A stretch of 60,778 bases of DNA, the filler included, from Circinaria calcarea (taxonomy: Eukaryota), in the NCBI GenBank assembly GCA_051942165.1. It is 9 parts of 9 records of this genome, joined end to end, with 100 filler letters (N's around TTAATTAATTAA, not from the genome) between each part and the next. Parts side by side here need not be neighbours in the genome. Positions count along the whole stretch, not along the records: positions 20,321 to 26,990 come from JAVECS010001522.1; positions 27,091 to 33,753 come from JAVECS010001523.1; positions 33,854 to 40,516 come from JAVECS010001524.1; 6 more parts are not named here. One strand, 5' to 3'. Each line of letters begins with the position of its first letter. Positions within the stretch are counted from its first letter, which is position 1. Below the pieces are notes generated by a model, which saw only the letters and a list, made by a program, of their open reading frames with translations, made no database searches and was not told the origin of the DNA. The position numbers were made by a program, and so were the translations under genes. Positions 25,914 through 38,015 of this stretch are shown in pieces.

Positions 25914-26408
25914 TTACGAAGCTGTCATGCGTCTCCTCCAATCTCTAACCTGATCAAAGGAGTTCGTATAGTCTCGAAGCTCATCCCTGGCCTGGGTAGA
26001 GATGGACTCGTTCGAGGCCGACATGCTGTGCATCGAAGTGAGGGAAGTCTGAGACGACGATGGCGTAAGGGTTCGAGGGGACGATGCAGACAAAGCTCCA
26101 CAGTTCTTGGAATTGCGAGTAAAACGTGAGTCCGCAGATGGAGTGCGAATGGCGACGCTTGAGAGCGGTGTGTGAGAACGGTAGGCGGAAAAGTCAAAGG
26201 CAGGAGGGAGATGGAAACCGGCGTGTGAAACCTTGCCGCTCGAGCTCCAAGAGGTCAAAGGTGTGTTCTCGGTGGTTGGCGAGGCAGGTTCGGAACCGCA
26301 GGACGATGAGTCGAGGTCGGCAAGGCGGCAGACCTGGGAGCAATACGCTTCTCCCGCAGTCTGTCGATCGCATGCGAGGCAGTAGTCCAACGACCAATCC
26401 ATCTCCAT
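25914..26408 (-). CDS. ecl1: Ecl1-family (extender of chronological lifespan) protein, 164 aa
   Basis: N-terminal DYCLACDRQ...AYCSQVCRLADL four-Cys motif, Ser/Pro-rich body with LTPSSSQTSL, C-terminal ELRDYTNSFDQVRDWRRR; first AUG in frame is at 26408. Confidence 0.85.
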   Translation of the reverse strand: MEMDWSLDYCLACDRQTAGEAYCSQVCRLADLDSSSCGSEPASPTTENTPLTSWSSSGKVSHAGFHLPPAFDFSAYRSHTPLSSVAIRTPSADSRFTRNSKNCGALSASSPRTLTPSSSQTSLTSMHSMSASNESISTQARDELRDYTNSFDQVRDWRRRMTAS

Positions 26409-26649
26409 GACTCTTTGAATTTTGGGAGCGTCGGTTGGTGAGACGGGGCTTGGTGTATTGGAAGACGTCGGGCAGGGAGAATGAACTCGACAATGGACGA
26501 ACAACAAGACGAAAGTAATGGTGAGATATCGAAAGAGTAGGGGACGGGACTTTATATGGGACCGAAAGGGTTGTGGCTGTAATGTCTGCCTTGATGAAGG
26601 ATGTGTTGACGGGATCAAGTGGTCTGATGACTCAGATAGTCCCTCCAGG

Positions 26650-26733
26650 CTACCGGTATGAACGATGATGATGATGATGATGGTATAGACGACTGCCCGA
26701 GAGAATTGCAAACCCACGATGCTGAAGGTTCAT
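26650..26733 (-). promoter_or_regulatory. Candidate upstream ORF (27 aa, MNLQHRGFAILSGSRLYHHHHHHRSYR) in the ecl1 leader
   Basis: ATG at 26733 to TAG at 26650; the only AUG between the CT-rich putative transcription start zone (~26760-26800) and the ecl1 start codon. Confidence 0.45.
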
Positions 26734-27090
26734 TCTCCTCAAGGGCCGGTGGTGGAAGGAGGAAGGGTTGAAGTCTGGATGGTGTAGAGGTGGTGAGGGA
26801 GGGGAGCTTTGTATAATTTAGGAATTGTCATGCAGGCTACATGCATCTCCCATCCTGCTGGACGAATGACCATTGAGGGCATGAGGTGTGCCGCACCATC
26901 TGGTGTTGCAGGCCAAACTGATTCTGGGACAGGTTGCAGCCCAGATGGAAGCGCAGGGGAAGCGATGGCGGGCTAATTCCTGTGGATAATNNNNNNNNNN
27001 NNNNNNNNNNNNNNNNNNNNNNNNNNNNNNNNNNTTAATTAATTAANNNNNNNNNNNNNNNNNNNNNNNNNNNNNNNNNNNNNNNNNNNN

Positions 27091-29539
27091 TGTTGTTTCC
27101 CTCGCTGGTCAATTGGTATCCGGCGTTAGGGCTTTATACGTCTTTTGGGGCTCCATCCAGGATGCGCCCGGTGACATTCAAGCTATCAGCACAGAGCTTA
27201 AATTATTACAAGTTGTTGTACAGGATATACATGATGTCGAGCTACGATGCGGCCCGGACAAAACAACCATGGATATACTCGAAAGCTGCCTTTCCCAGAT
27301 AAACACTCTCACAACCATCACTACGAAGCTAGAGGGCGGGCTCCGGAACTCAACTTCCTCGGGAAGAAAATGGGGGGCTTTTAAGGCAGTGCTCAAGGGA
27401 AACAAGATCAAGAAGTTCCAGGACATACTGCGAGATATCAAAATCACACTTGTTTTAGTACAACAGGGCGGTTTGAGGTCTGCGAAACCACCACAACCAT
27501 TCCGAAGACTCTTTGCTGACCAGCCATCTGCAGACGGACATTGAATGCTTACCACAGTAGTCATTCTCGCCAGTTATCAAGCCTGACCACCCAGTTCACA
27601 CAACTACAGTTAAACAGCCCGCCACTGATTTTTGAAACGAGAGCTGCGCAAGCCGATCTTGAATCTCATGTGGGAGCATTGCAGTCTCAGGTTTCCAGCG
27701 TCACGTCGACAATCCCAAATCCCGTGCTAAGTGTCGGACTAGCACATGGAATCGGGAGAGCTTTGGAACAGACCCCGCATGACCCCTCACCACGTGTTTT
27801 CGAGGTTGACACCGTGATTGAAGATGCTGCAAGCGGCTACTCGTCAGACCCTGACTCACGACAAGTATGCAGCCACGACGTCATCACACATCGCTCTGAT
27901 AATGTTGTGGAGAGCCTATTTGGTACTTTCTGCATGTCGTTTAAAGTTAGCCAAGCCGGTAGAAGCCGTCATAAAGACCCTGGAGATTTGGACGGCGATG
28001 ACTTCATCCGCACAACCTCGATCCGCATACACCCTGCCCGGTGGCTTATGCAGCTTGGATTGAACTCTGGCATACAACTCGCCCTTCAAGATAGCGGGCA
28101 GGGCTGGAAACATACATTGAACACATTTCGCGCCGTCCCGGATGATGCTGCTATTTTTACTGCTTGTTCCAAAGGCGATATTGACGCGGTCAAACAGCTT
28201 CTGGAAACTAATAAAGCATCGGTATGGGATGTCGATGTCAAGAAATGGACTCCCCTCCATGTATGTACCTTTATATCATCCGATTTGCCGTTGAGGTGCC
28301 GCTATTGAGATATCTTTATAACCTTTGATAGTTTGCAGCATACGGAGGTTATCCAGATATTTGCCGCTTTCTAATAGAAGCGGGAGCATGTAAGACCGCT
28401 GGATCATTTGAGACCAAGTATATATCTTTATTCTCTATTCTTACCGGATGATCTAATGACTAAGCGTAGATCTCCACTTATGCTGGCCAGTATGAGCCAA
28501 AGTCCTTTTAAGGATGCACAAATCGATACTTTACGTTTATTCCTCAACGAATTCGATTTTTCTAATGATGCTGACGGCACTGTGGATGGTTGGCGGGCTT
28601 TGTTCCTTTACGTCGCCATGGGTAGAGGCAATGAAATTACATTTGACTGGCTATTGCGCAATTGCTTATCAGAAATCACCAGAAATTTCAACAGGGAAAG
28701 ATTCGCTGCGATAATATCTTTTGCATTTCTGGATTGCTGGCGCTTTCGATCGATTTCATCAATTTTTAGTCTTGAAATTGAGACTATAAAAAGAAATCTC
28801 GATAGCCAATACTGTCTGGATGGCCAGTTATCCATATAAGCATTTGGTTTCAACGCGATACTGTTGCACTAATCCGATGCGGGATCAATCTTCATACACT
28901 GTGGGATTGTGGAGAACATTTAGATGGAAGAGCCCTCGGTCTCATAAGCCCTACGTCATACACGATGCTGTCATCTCGGGTATTTCATTGTTGGCGGAAA
29001 AGTCTTCAACTTGCAGAAGTCAATCTGAAAGATTTTATGAAGCGAGAATGTGAGATCGGTTTAGCTCTTAAAGAAGGGTGGGAATTAGAAACACTTTTGG
29101 GATTGTTTCAGTCAACCCTACCACCGGTTCAGCTGGAGTATGGCTTTTGTTCGAAATGCAACGGAGGATACCATACCCGTTATCTAGATGTTGTCATTGA
29201 GGTCAGTAGGTGCTTGGAACTAGAAAGATCAAAACAAGAGGTGTCGACCCAGTCGGGAATATTGAAACATCCCAAACAAATACAAGCCTTGATATAGAAG
29301 AGCAGGAAAGTAAAGGAATACATTGTCCTTGCGTTCAGAGTTATGATTTCGTTTGTTGGGAACGTTGGGCTGAACTCAAAGATCTACACTACCAGCGTGA
29401 AAGCGAGGACGAAGAAGGCGATTCCGAAGAAAGCGACTATAAAGAGAGCGACTCCGAAGAGTCATCGTCACCCACGATCAAGGAGCTATCGGACTGGGAA
29501 GAATCGCCCTTTCTCCCACCTCTCAACATCTTTCAATGA
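27091..29539 (+). pseudogene. Fungal N-terminal (HeLo-like/SesA-type) domain plus ankyrin-repeat gene, 5' truncated, with two apparent frameshifts
   Basis: N-terminal SLAGQLVSGVRALYVFWGSIQDAPGDIQAISTEL; ankyrin motifs AIFTACSKGDIDAVKQLL..WTPLH|FAAYGGYPDICRFLIEAGA; the coding frame switches near 28806 and near 29225 with no intron signals. Confidence 0.6.
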
Positions 29540-32500
29540 GAAACACATGGGGGGACAGCAATTATAGAGTGTCGATATTAGAAAATGGAGGATTTGCATC
29601 CATGGTTCCTTACACGCTATAGAAATCGCGTTCACATCTAGAATAGGATGTAGTGATTTGATAATCGAAACATTAATTTCCACATCACACACCGCAACGA
29701 ATCCAATTCTAAAGTAGATTTTGCGGAAAAGTGCTTCCTTGTAAAGATATAGTACCGAAGCAACGCATCCTCCTGCGATCAGGAGAGACTCTACAGAAGG
29801 CCGCTACAGGACTGGCAATAGTCCGAATGGTCGGACGGTTCGTTCTGCTGGAACTGTGATGGGCTAGCTAGTACGAGAATGCGGAGATGAATTGTAGTTT
29901 GTCAATGGTCCGGAGAGTTTAGACATTCGGATCGTAGTTGGATTTCGCTTACCACTGTTAGAAGTTGGTAGGGCTGACCAAATCACTCGGGCCTTGAAAA
30001 ATGCACGGTCTATAAACTATATAACCCAATATTTTGGGAAGTTCTCTCATTTTACTCAGCCACCCGGGTAGAATTTTCCCCGCATAGCATTTTACGACGT
30101 ACGATCATCCGCCATACTATTCAAGGCGCGTGGGTGGAGTTTGGAGCTTCCCTTTCTTCAAAGGGGTTCTCAGGATTTAAGTTTGATAATAGACGGGCTG
30201 AGATGTGGAAGGGGGGGTTGGGAAGGTCACGCTTGCACTGAAGAACGGAGATGGAGATAGAGATGGAAAAGGGGAGTTTAGGAGGATAAGGGGCATTCTT
30301 GCTTAAGGTAAAAGGTTTTGGTCTCGGGTGGCTAGGGCTAGTGTATGAGGAAAGTCGTAAGGAGGGAACGTGGGTAGTATAAATCGGGTACGCGATTTTT
30401 GAAGGCCGTTGCGTGTTTGAGGTCTTGGCTGTTTGATGTTGTATTTCTACCATCTTTTCCAAGAAGGTTCTTTTAAAAGAAAAAAATATATGGTTGGGAG
30501 ATTCTTGAACTCAAATTTTTGTTATTGGAAAGTTATACAAATCCCGCTCCGGGCTTGTCAACACATGCCATTCCATTATATCCCTTCGGCTTTCAATTAT
30601 TTACATACTGTCCTCTCTCTACTTAGAAAGGAAGCTCACAGCAGATTTGGAGTCTTTAACTTTCTGACCCTTGTATAAAAAGGCCCTTGTGTGCCTAGAA
30701 TGCGTTAGTTTGTTTCATCGATATTTTCCAGAATCCCTGGGCACGTTTCTTGTGAATTAGGAGGGGTCGGTGCCACCGTTCTTAGAAACTTATATGGTCA
30801 ATTTTTGCTAGAGCCTTATGCACAGCCGGTCTGGAAGTGGGTTTCGAAGTTTGAGGTCGTATTGTGCCCGAGGTGAGATTAAGAATTGTATGCGACGGAA
30901 TCTCTAGACGATATCTGGAAGCCTTTCAACCGTGTATTTTCCCTTCCCAACGCTGATGATTGGACCATCCGGGATCTTTCTAATCATCCTCTCGAGCTCT
31001 CAATTGTTGATTGCGGCTAGATACACCCTATATTTCGTGACCCGGTCCACGATAAAGTCGTCGGCATACCAGCCCTTGTGGTCATACGTACGGCGTTACT
31101 AACTTTCGTCCTTGGCGATGCGAAGTGCTAAGGAGTACCGTGATTCCCGATTTCACTATCTCTTCGATAACGCAGTCTACCACGATCAAATTGCACTTCG
31201 CGTATGGCAAGTCCGTGACACCAGCATGTCGACCTTGAGTCGAACGCTTCGATTGATACAACTCATATCCGAAAAGGATGCGATAGGGTAGCGAGAGCAC
31301 AGTATATTTTATGAAGAAGAGAGATGACGGGAGCCGAGGTACTGCACGCACAGTCTTGTTTATTTCCAGGTTCCTTTTACGGGCTCCTCTAATCGTGTGT
31401 CGTGCTGTATTCTGATTCTCTTGACTTCACTAAATTTCCACTTGTATACTAGGTTCTTTTGGTATACCGCATCATTGGCGTATTGATATAGAAACCAGCG
31501 TCCTTTTCTGAACGCCCATATTAAATCAAAGTGCTATGAGCGGGTCTGGATCTGCACGGCGGTGCTCATTTCAAAAGAAATCAGCAGCTGTACACAGAGT
31601 TGAGCCAATTCTACCATACTATTGGCAACCCAATGCCAACGGCTGCGCGCATAATCCCTATAAGAGGTGAGATGAGGTTAAAGAAAGCCATAGTTTTCTG
31701 GCATGTGATCAATAAACGTCGAAACAGACGCGATAAGATAAGGACTTACGCTCTGACAGCCGCGATAAAGTGGGGACACTCGGGGCTTGTAGGTGGTAGG
31801 TTTCTTGTCGAACTAGGCACAATGCACGTGTGTTGTTACGCGAGGAACTAGCGCCGCCTAATACATATAAAAGCGTTGTTTTTCTCTTCATAATACCATA
31901 GACTTTTCATAGATTCTGAAGTGAACATAAAGTGCATTCGAATTATTATGTATAAACTACCTCACATACTGCATTGTGCGCACGTAATAGAGACGTGATT
32001 CAGTGCCTATTTACTATACTTTACTGCGAGTATTCAGAGACCCCGTAAAGTTCGACATTTCTGTTAGGCTCGGAGTGTACTAGAACAAGCTATTGCTTAG
32101 AGGTTATTGTCGTGAGTGGAGACTAAGTATAAGCATGCTACGAAGTATATCCCAAAATCCTTTATATTCTCTGTGGTCTCTTTGCAGCATGAATATGTGC
32201 AGAGAACTGCGCCGGTAAGGGACACAGAATTTGGTCAAAAAGCTAGCCACGTTAAGCAGGACTACGATACTCTATGATGGCTTTCGATCAAGCCAATAGC
32301 CAGGGGGTTGTCTACTCTTTTATAAAACAGCTGTACGGACTACTCCTACTACCAAGTCAATTCGGGGTTAGCAACATTAGCCACCCGGAAAATCATCGGC
32401 GTTTCTCGTCCTCGGTCGGCAAGGGTTGGCCGACGTTTCAAGGAGATAAGGCTAAGTGCGGTAAGCATAAGATTTTTAGAAGGGAGGAGCATCAGGGTTT

Positions 32501-33318
32501 GTTGGTGTTCCAGAACATGACTGGGATCTAGAAATTGCGACATACTTGATTGGCGGACCACCCCTGCCAGCCAACATGGTTCTGAAAAATAATCCGGGGC
32601 GGTGCTGACGAGAAAGGCCGAGTGGCGAAAAATAGATTGACGCTCACTCATCACAACTTCTGGTGGAATGAAGATGGAAGTACAATATATGTACGTACAT
32701 AGGGTAAGGTAGAGAGCTGTTTCTCCGATGATGCAGTCGAATAGTAGGAATGAAATTGCTTCTGAAATCGAACTCTTGAATAGATCATGTAACCGTGCAC
32801 AATAATCGAGGATCCAGCTGATAATGTAACGCCAAATGCCCGAATTATCTTGGGAGTGGAAGGTGCACGACTCACTCAACAATATCGGCGGTGAGATAAA
32901 TTTATCGCGCTTGCGGGCTGATGATGATGATTCGGTGTTGATGAGTTTTGTGGGCATCAATCTGGACTAGCCTCGTTTAAAAAAAATCTGTTCCGCCTCC
33001 TTGACCTGTTGAATAAGAATGCCAACACCGCCCAGCTCTCTCCTTCATCCTTCATAGACATTCTCTCTCCACTCTCCCTCTTAGACAGTTCGTTCTTCTC
33101 TTTCATAGAGTACTTCGAATCGAGTACGCCGCACTGCTTCTTCAATAGAATACGGAATACGGGCCTCATAGAGCACGAGTTGCGTATCCTTCGCCGACTT
33201 CGTGTGGGCTCCTGATTTTTCTGGAGATACCCAGCTGTTTTCAGCTTACTCACCCATACTACGAACATCCAACTACTCTTTCACTTCACCCTCTTGACTC
33301 TCGCCACCTTCAGCCACT

Positions 33319-33753
33319 ATGCCTTCGGTCGACGTCATGAATTCAGTACAGCCAACTGAGGCCAACATCAAGTCCGAGAATCAAAAATCTATCAAGGTTC
33401 TCGATGAGCTCCTCAGCAAACTGACAGTCTCAAAAACCGCAGATGAGACGAGCGCTGCTGCTGGCAACATCGCGACTTTCATCAACGGTGAAATCGAAGA
33501 ACACGATGCTCCCACAAAGTGAGTAGTTTCCCTTCTCCCAGAAATCCGAGCATTCCAGAGCGTGCAGCTCAGCTACGGTCGCAACCGTCAGCAACTGCAC
33601 ATTCTCGCTGGCAGCTTGTGTAACTAACTTTTCAAAGAGCCGTAGAAATTCTCAAGAAGCAACTGGCCAACAAGAAAGATGCTGGTGCTCGGGAACGTGG
33701 CCTTCACGCCATCCGAGCCATCGCCCAGCACTCAACCGTTTCCGCAGCGGTCG
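33319..33753 (+). CDS. YEF3: Translation elongation factor 3, N-terminus (3' truncated); intron 33519-33637
   Basis: ENQKSIKVLDELLSKLTVSK...NIATFINGEIEEHDAPTK|AVEILKKQLANKKDAGARERGL, typical of the fungal eEF3 N-terminal HEAT region. Confidence 0.9.
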
Positions 33754-34611
33754 NNNNNNNNNNNNNNNNNNNNNNNNNNNNNNNNNNNNNNNNNNNNTTA
33801 ATTAATTAANNNNNNNNNNNNNNNNNNNNNNNNNNNNNNNNNNNNNNNNNNNNCGGTTCCATTATAAACCTGTCCCTGGCCTCCGTGAAAACTTTCTTGG
33901 CGAGCTTGTCGTGGAGGACCAGGTCGTATTTGGAAACCAGGGTACGCGGTTGCTATTCCTCAGCAACTTAGGCTATGAAATTATATATTTCAAATTCTTG
34001 GGTATAAAATTATATATTTCCGTATTTTGTGATTATGGTAATAATAGTAAGTCATAGAGATCTCGCGCTCCAATTAACTACTATAAGCCAGCCCCCCTAC
34101 CGTTGCGATCTGCGGCTGTTGGAGCATGTGGTGACCTAGCCGCCGGAGCCGCCGGCCAATACGATAGTAGCGCTGTGTGTCGTGGAGGGGAGAACGAGAT
34201 TGAGTGGCACGCTTGTGGACGCGAGGAGAGATTTGGAGGAGCTTCTTGCGGGGGAGAGAGAGTGAAGATGGAGCCGGAAAGCGACGGAAATGGAGGATGC
34301 GTTGTAGGGTGGATATGGTGAGGGAATCAATGGTTGGTTTTGGACGTCTTGCTTGGAAGGTACGAATGTGTTGAGCGCAGCTCTTCTACGACCGCAGCGA
34401 GATCCCTACTCAATTTTCGACTCTTATGTATAAGCTATCTTGCTTAATCAAACAAACACTCTTATCGATACAAACACAGATTACTGGGGCACGTGATTCA
34501 ATCCATGTTTCGAATACCCTTCTAGCCGACAGTCTCTAATCGCCAAATAAATGCTATCGCCTAGACTGTCCCTAGACTTATTGTATATTTGTGCTCGAAG
34601 ATTAAATACCT

Positions 34612-36440
34612 CTAGCTAAGTGTTTCTACCTTGAGTACTCTCCGGGTAATCCGCACGTTAAAGTTCTTCTGGAAGAAAATCCCATAGCACACGCTCGTCC
34701 ACGGCTTTGTGGCGTTGACGACAGAGACGTCGAACCGTCTCAACAACTAATATGCAGCAAAAATGCGTCAGCCTCACAAGACCAGTTCACTAGTTCAAAC
34801 TTGAGAGGAAGAGAAGTAAACAGAAACTCACCTCGACAAAAATCTTATTCAGGTTCATCATCGCAATCGGAATCCCAAGACACCTCGTCGTCCCATATCC
34901 GAAAATCAGCTCTTGCACCTTAACCATTTCCTTCACCCGCTCCGCGTCATCGATTAGCCATCGTTCCGGCCGGAACACCTCCGGATCGTCTCCGAATACG
35001 GAGCTCAGCTGCAGGCCCCACGCATTCAGACCGATAAACGTCCCAGGTGGAATGTGCTGGCCCTTGTAAGTATCGCCTTCCGGTGGTGCCATTCGTTCCC
35101 GTAGCTGCGTAATGGGTGGGAATCGGCGAAGGCCTTCTTTGATGCAGGCTTGGAGGTAGGGCAGTTTGACAGCTTCATCTTGAAGTATGGGTGAGGATAT
35201 TGCTCCATGGGCGATGGCATCATCAATCTCGCGCTGGAGGCGGACGTAGACAGGAGGGTTGGAGATAATAGAGAGTAAAGTGGCACGCATGGAAGTTGCA
35301 GTTGTGTCGGAGCCAGCAACTCTGTTTGAGCGTTAGATGGTTGCCTGGGCTTGTAGACTGCACTACGCACAAGGAGATCGATATCTCGGTCTCCGCTTCG
35401 ATTGCGGTGAGACCATGTTTGATAAATGACCCCAGCATGTCATTCTTAGCTGGAGCTCCCGGGATAAAGCGTTCGTCCACAACTTTCCGAGATATCTAGC
35501 CATCATCAGCACTTATTTAAGTATGAGGTAAAATCATAGCCGGATAATATATCCCTACCCCCATGATCATGCCAATTCCTGTCTTATCATTTGCAGACGG
35601 CCCAATGAGCTTCTTCAGCCAGGGAATGTTCATGAATCGGAGTAAAATGTCGTTGAGCTCAAGGAAAACCGAGAAATGTTGCACAATAGGTAATTGGGTC
35701 TCGATGGTTTTGAGAAAGCTGTACACATCGCTGTCTGTTTCCATAAATCCAAGAGGTTTGCCAAAGCATAAGTGTGTGATAATATCCACAGCCAGGAACT
35801 GTATTCTCTTTGCTATGTCAAAGACTTTGGTTTGCCCTGGCTCCGAAACCCAGTTTTCATCGATTCGATTCATAAAGTCCATTATCCGTTCGTTGATGGC
35901 TGGCTCTAGACCTATGATATCTTTTCCTGCATATCCAGCCGACATCTGATATCGCAAGTGATTGTGTTTCCCGGGGTGCCTCTCTGAGACAATGTTAGGA
36001 ATATGAGGGTCGATCTTAATAGAATCAAACCAGGGCCCTCTTGTGTAATGAGAACGGGCAGCGAGTACCCTTCGTGTAAGCTCCGGATCATCGGTTAAAA
36101 GATTATTCGGTCCAATCCGAGCAAGAGGACCATGCTTTTTATTAACGTTCACGAATATCTCCGCTGAATTGCCCGAAGCAATCGTTTTGCTTAGCCATAG
36201 CCGCGTGTATGCTGCCCACCAGGGTCCTGAATACTGGCTCAGATGTGTAAATCGTACTATAACAGCGTAAATGGTGCTGACGAATAGGCTGAGAGTAATG
36301 ATATTTATACAGGTTTGGGCTGGGTGAGAATATAAACCCTGAAATATCCCCCTGAACGTTGACTGTACGACTGGTCCTTGTTGAAACGTGATGATATTAT
36401 CCGATAGCAGCAGGATGTCATTCAGATGCACGAACGACAT
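34612..36440 (-). CDS. Cytochrome P450 (pisatin-demethylase-like), four exons, apparently intact
   Basis: N-terminal TM, HGPLARIGPN, I-helix AGSDTTA, LPYLQACIKEGLR (ExxR), FRPERW, heme motif FGYGTTRCLG; spliced last exon ends RVLKVETLS-TAG. Confidence 0.92.
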
Positions 36441-38015
36441 TATAATTATACAGATGCATGTTGTGTAAATAGGAATTAAAAGATTAGTGTGGAGCAGTAT
36501 CTGTGTAGACATTTGATTCAAGATCAGAAATTGAGAAGAACGATAGGGAAGAAAGAAGGGGGAAACACTCATGCCTGGAATATCAATCAAGCTGAGCTAC
36601 TTTAAGGCCGAGAGCTCTTTTAGGCCGCTTGCTCTGCTGCGGCAAAGTCTTCTAAGATAAGAATGCTGACGGGTGGACTTTAGCCTCTTCTATGTTCTGG
36701 TAACACGACGCCTTATGCTGACACGCAGGTAAGAGTAAATTCTAGAGCTTACCTGGAATCCTAGGCTAATTTATTCAACAGCGGCGATAAGACAGTTAGA
36801 CCAACGCTAAAAGTTGGTATATGAGAGATATACTACAGCAGAATGGACTGATAATGAAGAGCCTATTACCTACCTCGGAATCGTATGTAAAAGGACCGCA
36901 GAGATACGCATGGCTTAAAGCAACCATTTAAAATATCAACGACTCCAACCTCCACCTGCTTCCTACGGTCAGCTAATTACTCGTTTCAACTCGTTGACTC
37001 GTTTGCCACATTGCAGTGTCTTGTCCATAGCATAATGGGTATGGTGTACAAATTCTGTCTGAAGCAATATCAAGCTAAAAAAATCAAACAGCACTCAATG
37101 CTCAAGGAAACGAGATGCTTATCGTTTGCATCTCATCTTTCCTATTTTGGCGGCTCAACAGCATCATCAACGCGTATCAGACTACCGACACCCGAACATA
37201 CGCCCGGCAAAGGCATTCAGTCAAGAGACGCGGTTCAAGCGCGGGAATGGGCAGATAGTCAGTATAGGGCGGGGAGGAATTTGCTTTTGGACTAGCGCGA
37301 TTCGTGCCACCATATTAGACAGCGCCAAACACGTACCTATGGGCAAAGTAAAGGTCGCATGACTAGAAGAATGAGATAAGACTGTAGTAGAAAAGTTGTG
37401 ATTGAAGGAATCGGATTGATAGGATCACCGATGCCATGCTGACAAGATTGTGTGTAAGACGCAGGAAGGCCAAATCAAAGATAATGCCTTCTGCAAGACC
37501 AAAGCAAAGATGTCGCCTTCCTGCAAAGCGGCCCTCACAGCATCACAACTTTTCTATTTGGCCAATCCAGGTGCAATGTGTATTGCATGTCGGGTGCCAA
37601 CGCATACTCTCACGCATACGGATCCTCAGCTCGCGGCGAAATGACTCATTTTGCTGACCTCCTTCAGCTGACATATCTACCTTGGCCCTGTCAGGGTTAG
37701 GGTTACATTATTAAGCATTCGGCCTCGGGACTGTGCTGACACAGCCTGACCGACATTGCACCGATGCGGCCGTGCGAGGCATCTAGATCCCGCCCCTTTA
37801 TCGATTCAACATTGGAAGCCCTCATACGCTCAAAGGAAACCCTTAGATAAGGCCAAGATCATTCCATAATCATGATAGTTCGCCAATATCCGATGTCACA
37901 ACTCTTGCGCAGCTCATCATGAAATGGAGCAACATATGTTCAGCGTATTAATATAGGCGTCCACTCTACATCGTATTCGGAAAACAGCCTTGTCATAAAT
38001 ACCTTTGATAGCGTG

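Noticed and set aside
32349..32960. 203-aa minus-strand ORF upstream of EF-3
   Set aside because: No recognisable domain or codon bias; cannot be supported as a gene.
37425..37644. RCHADKIVC, reminiscent of a Zn2Cys6 start, between the two P450s
   Set aside because: First Cys is missing, later Cys spacing is wrong and there is no start codon.
37693..37705. AGGGTTAGGGTTA telomere-like dimer or telomerase RNA template
   Set aside because: Only two units, internal, with no other telomerase RNA features recognisable.
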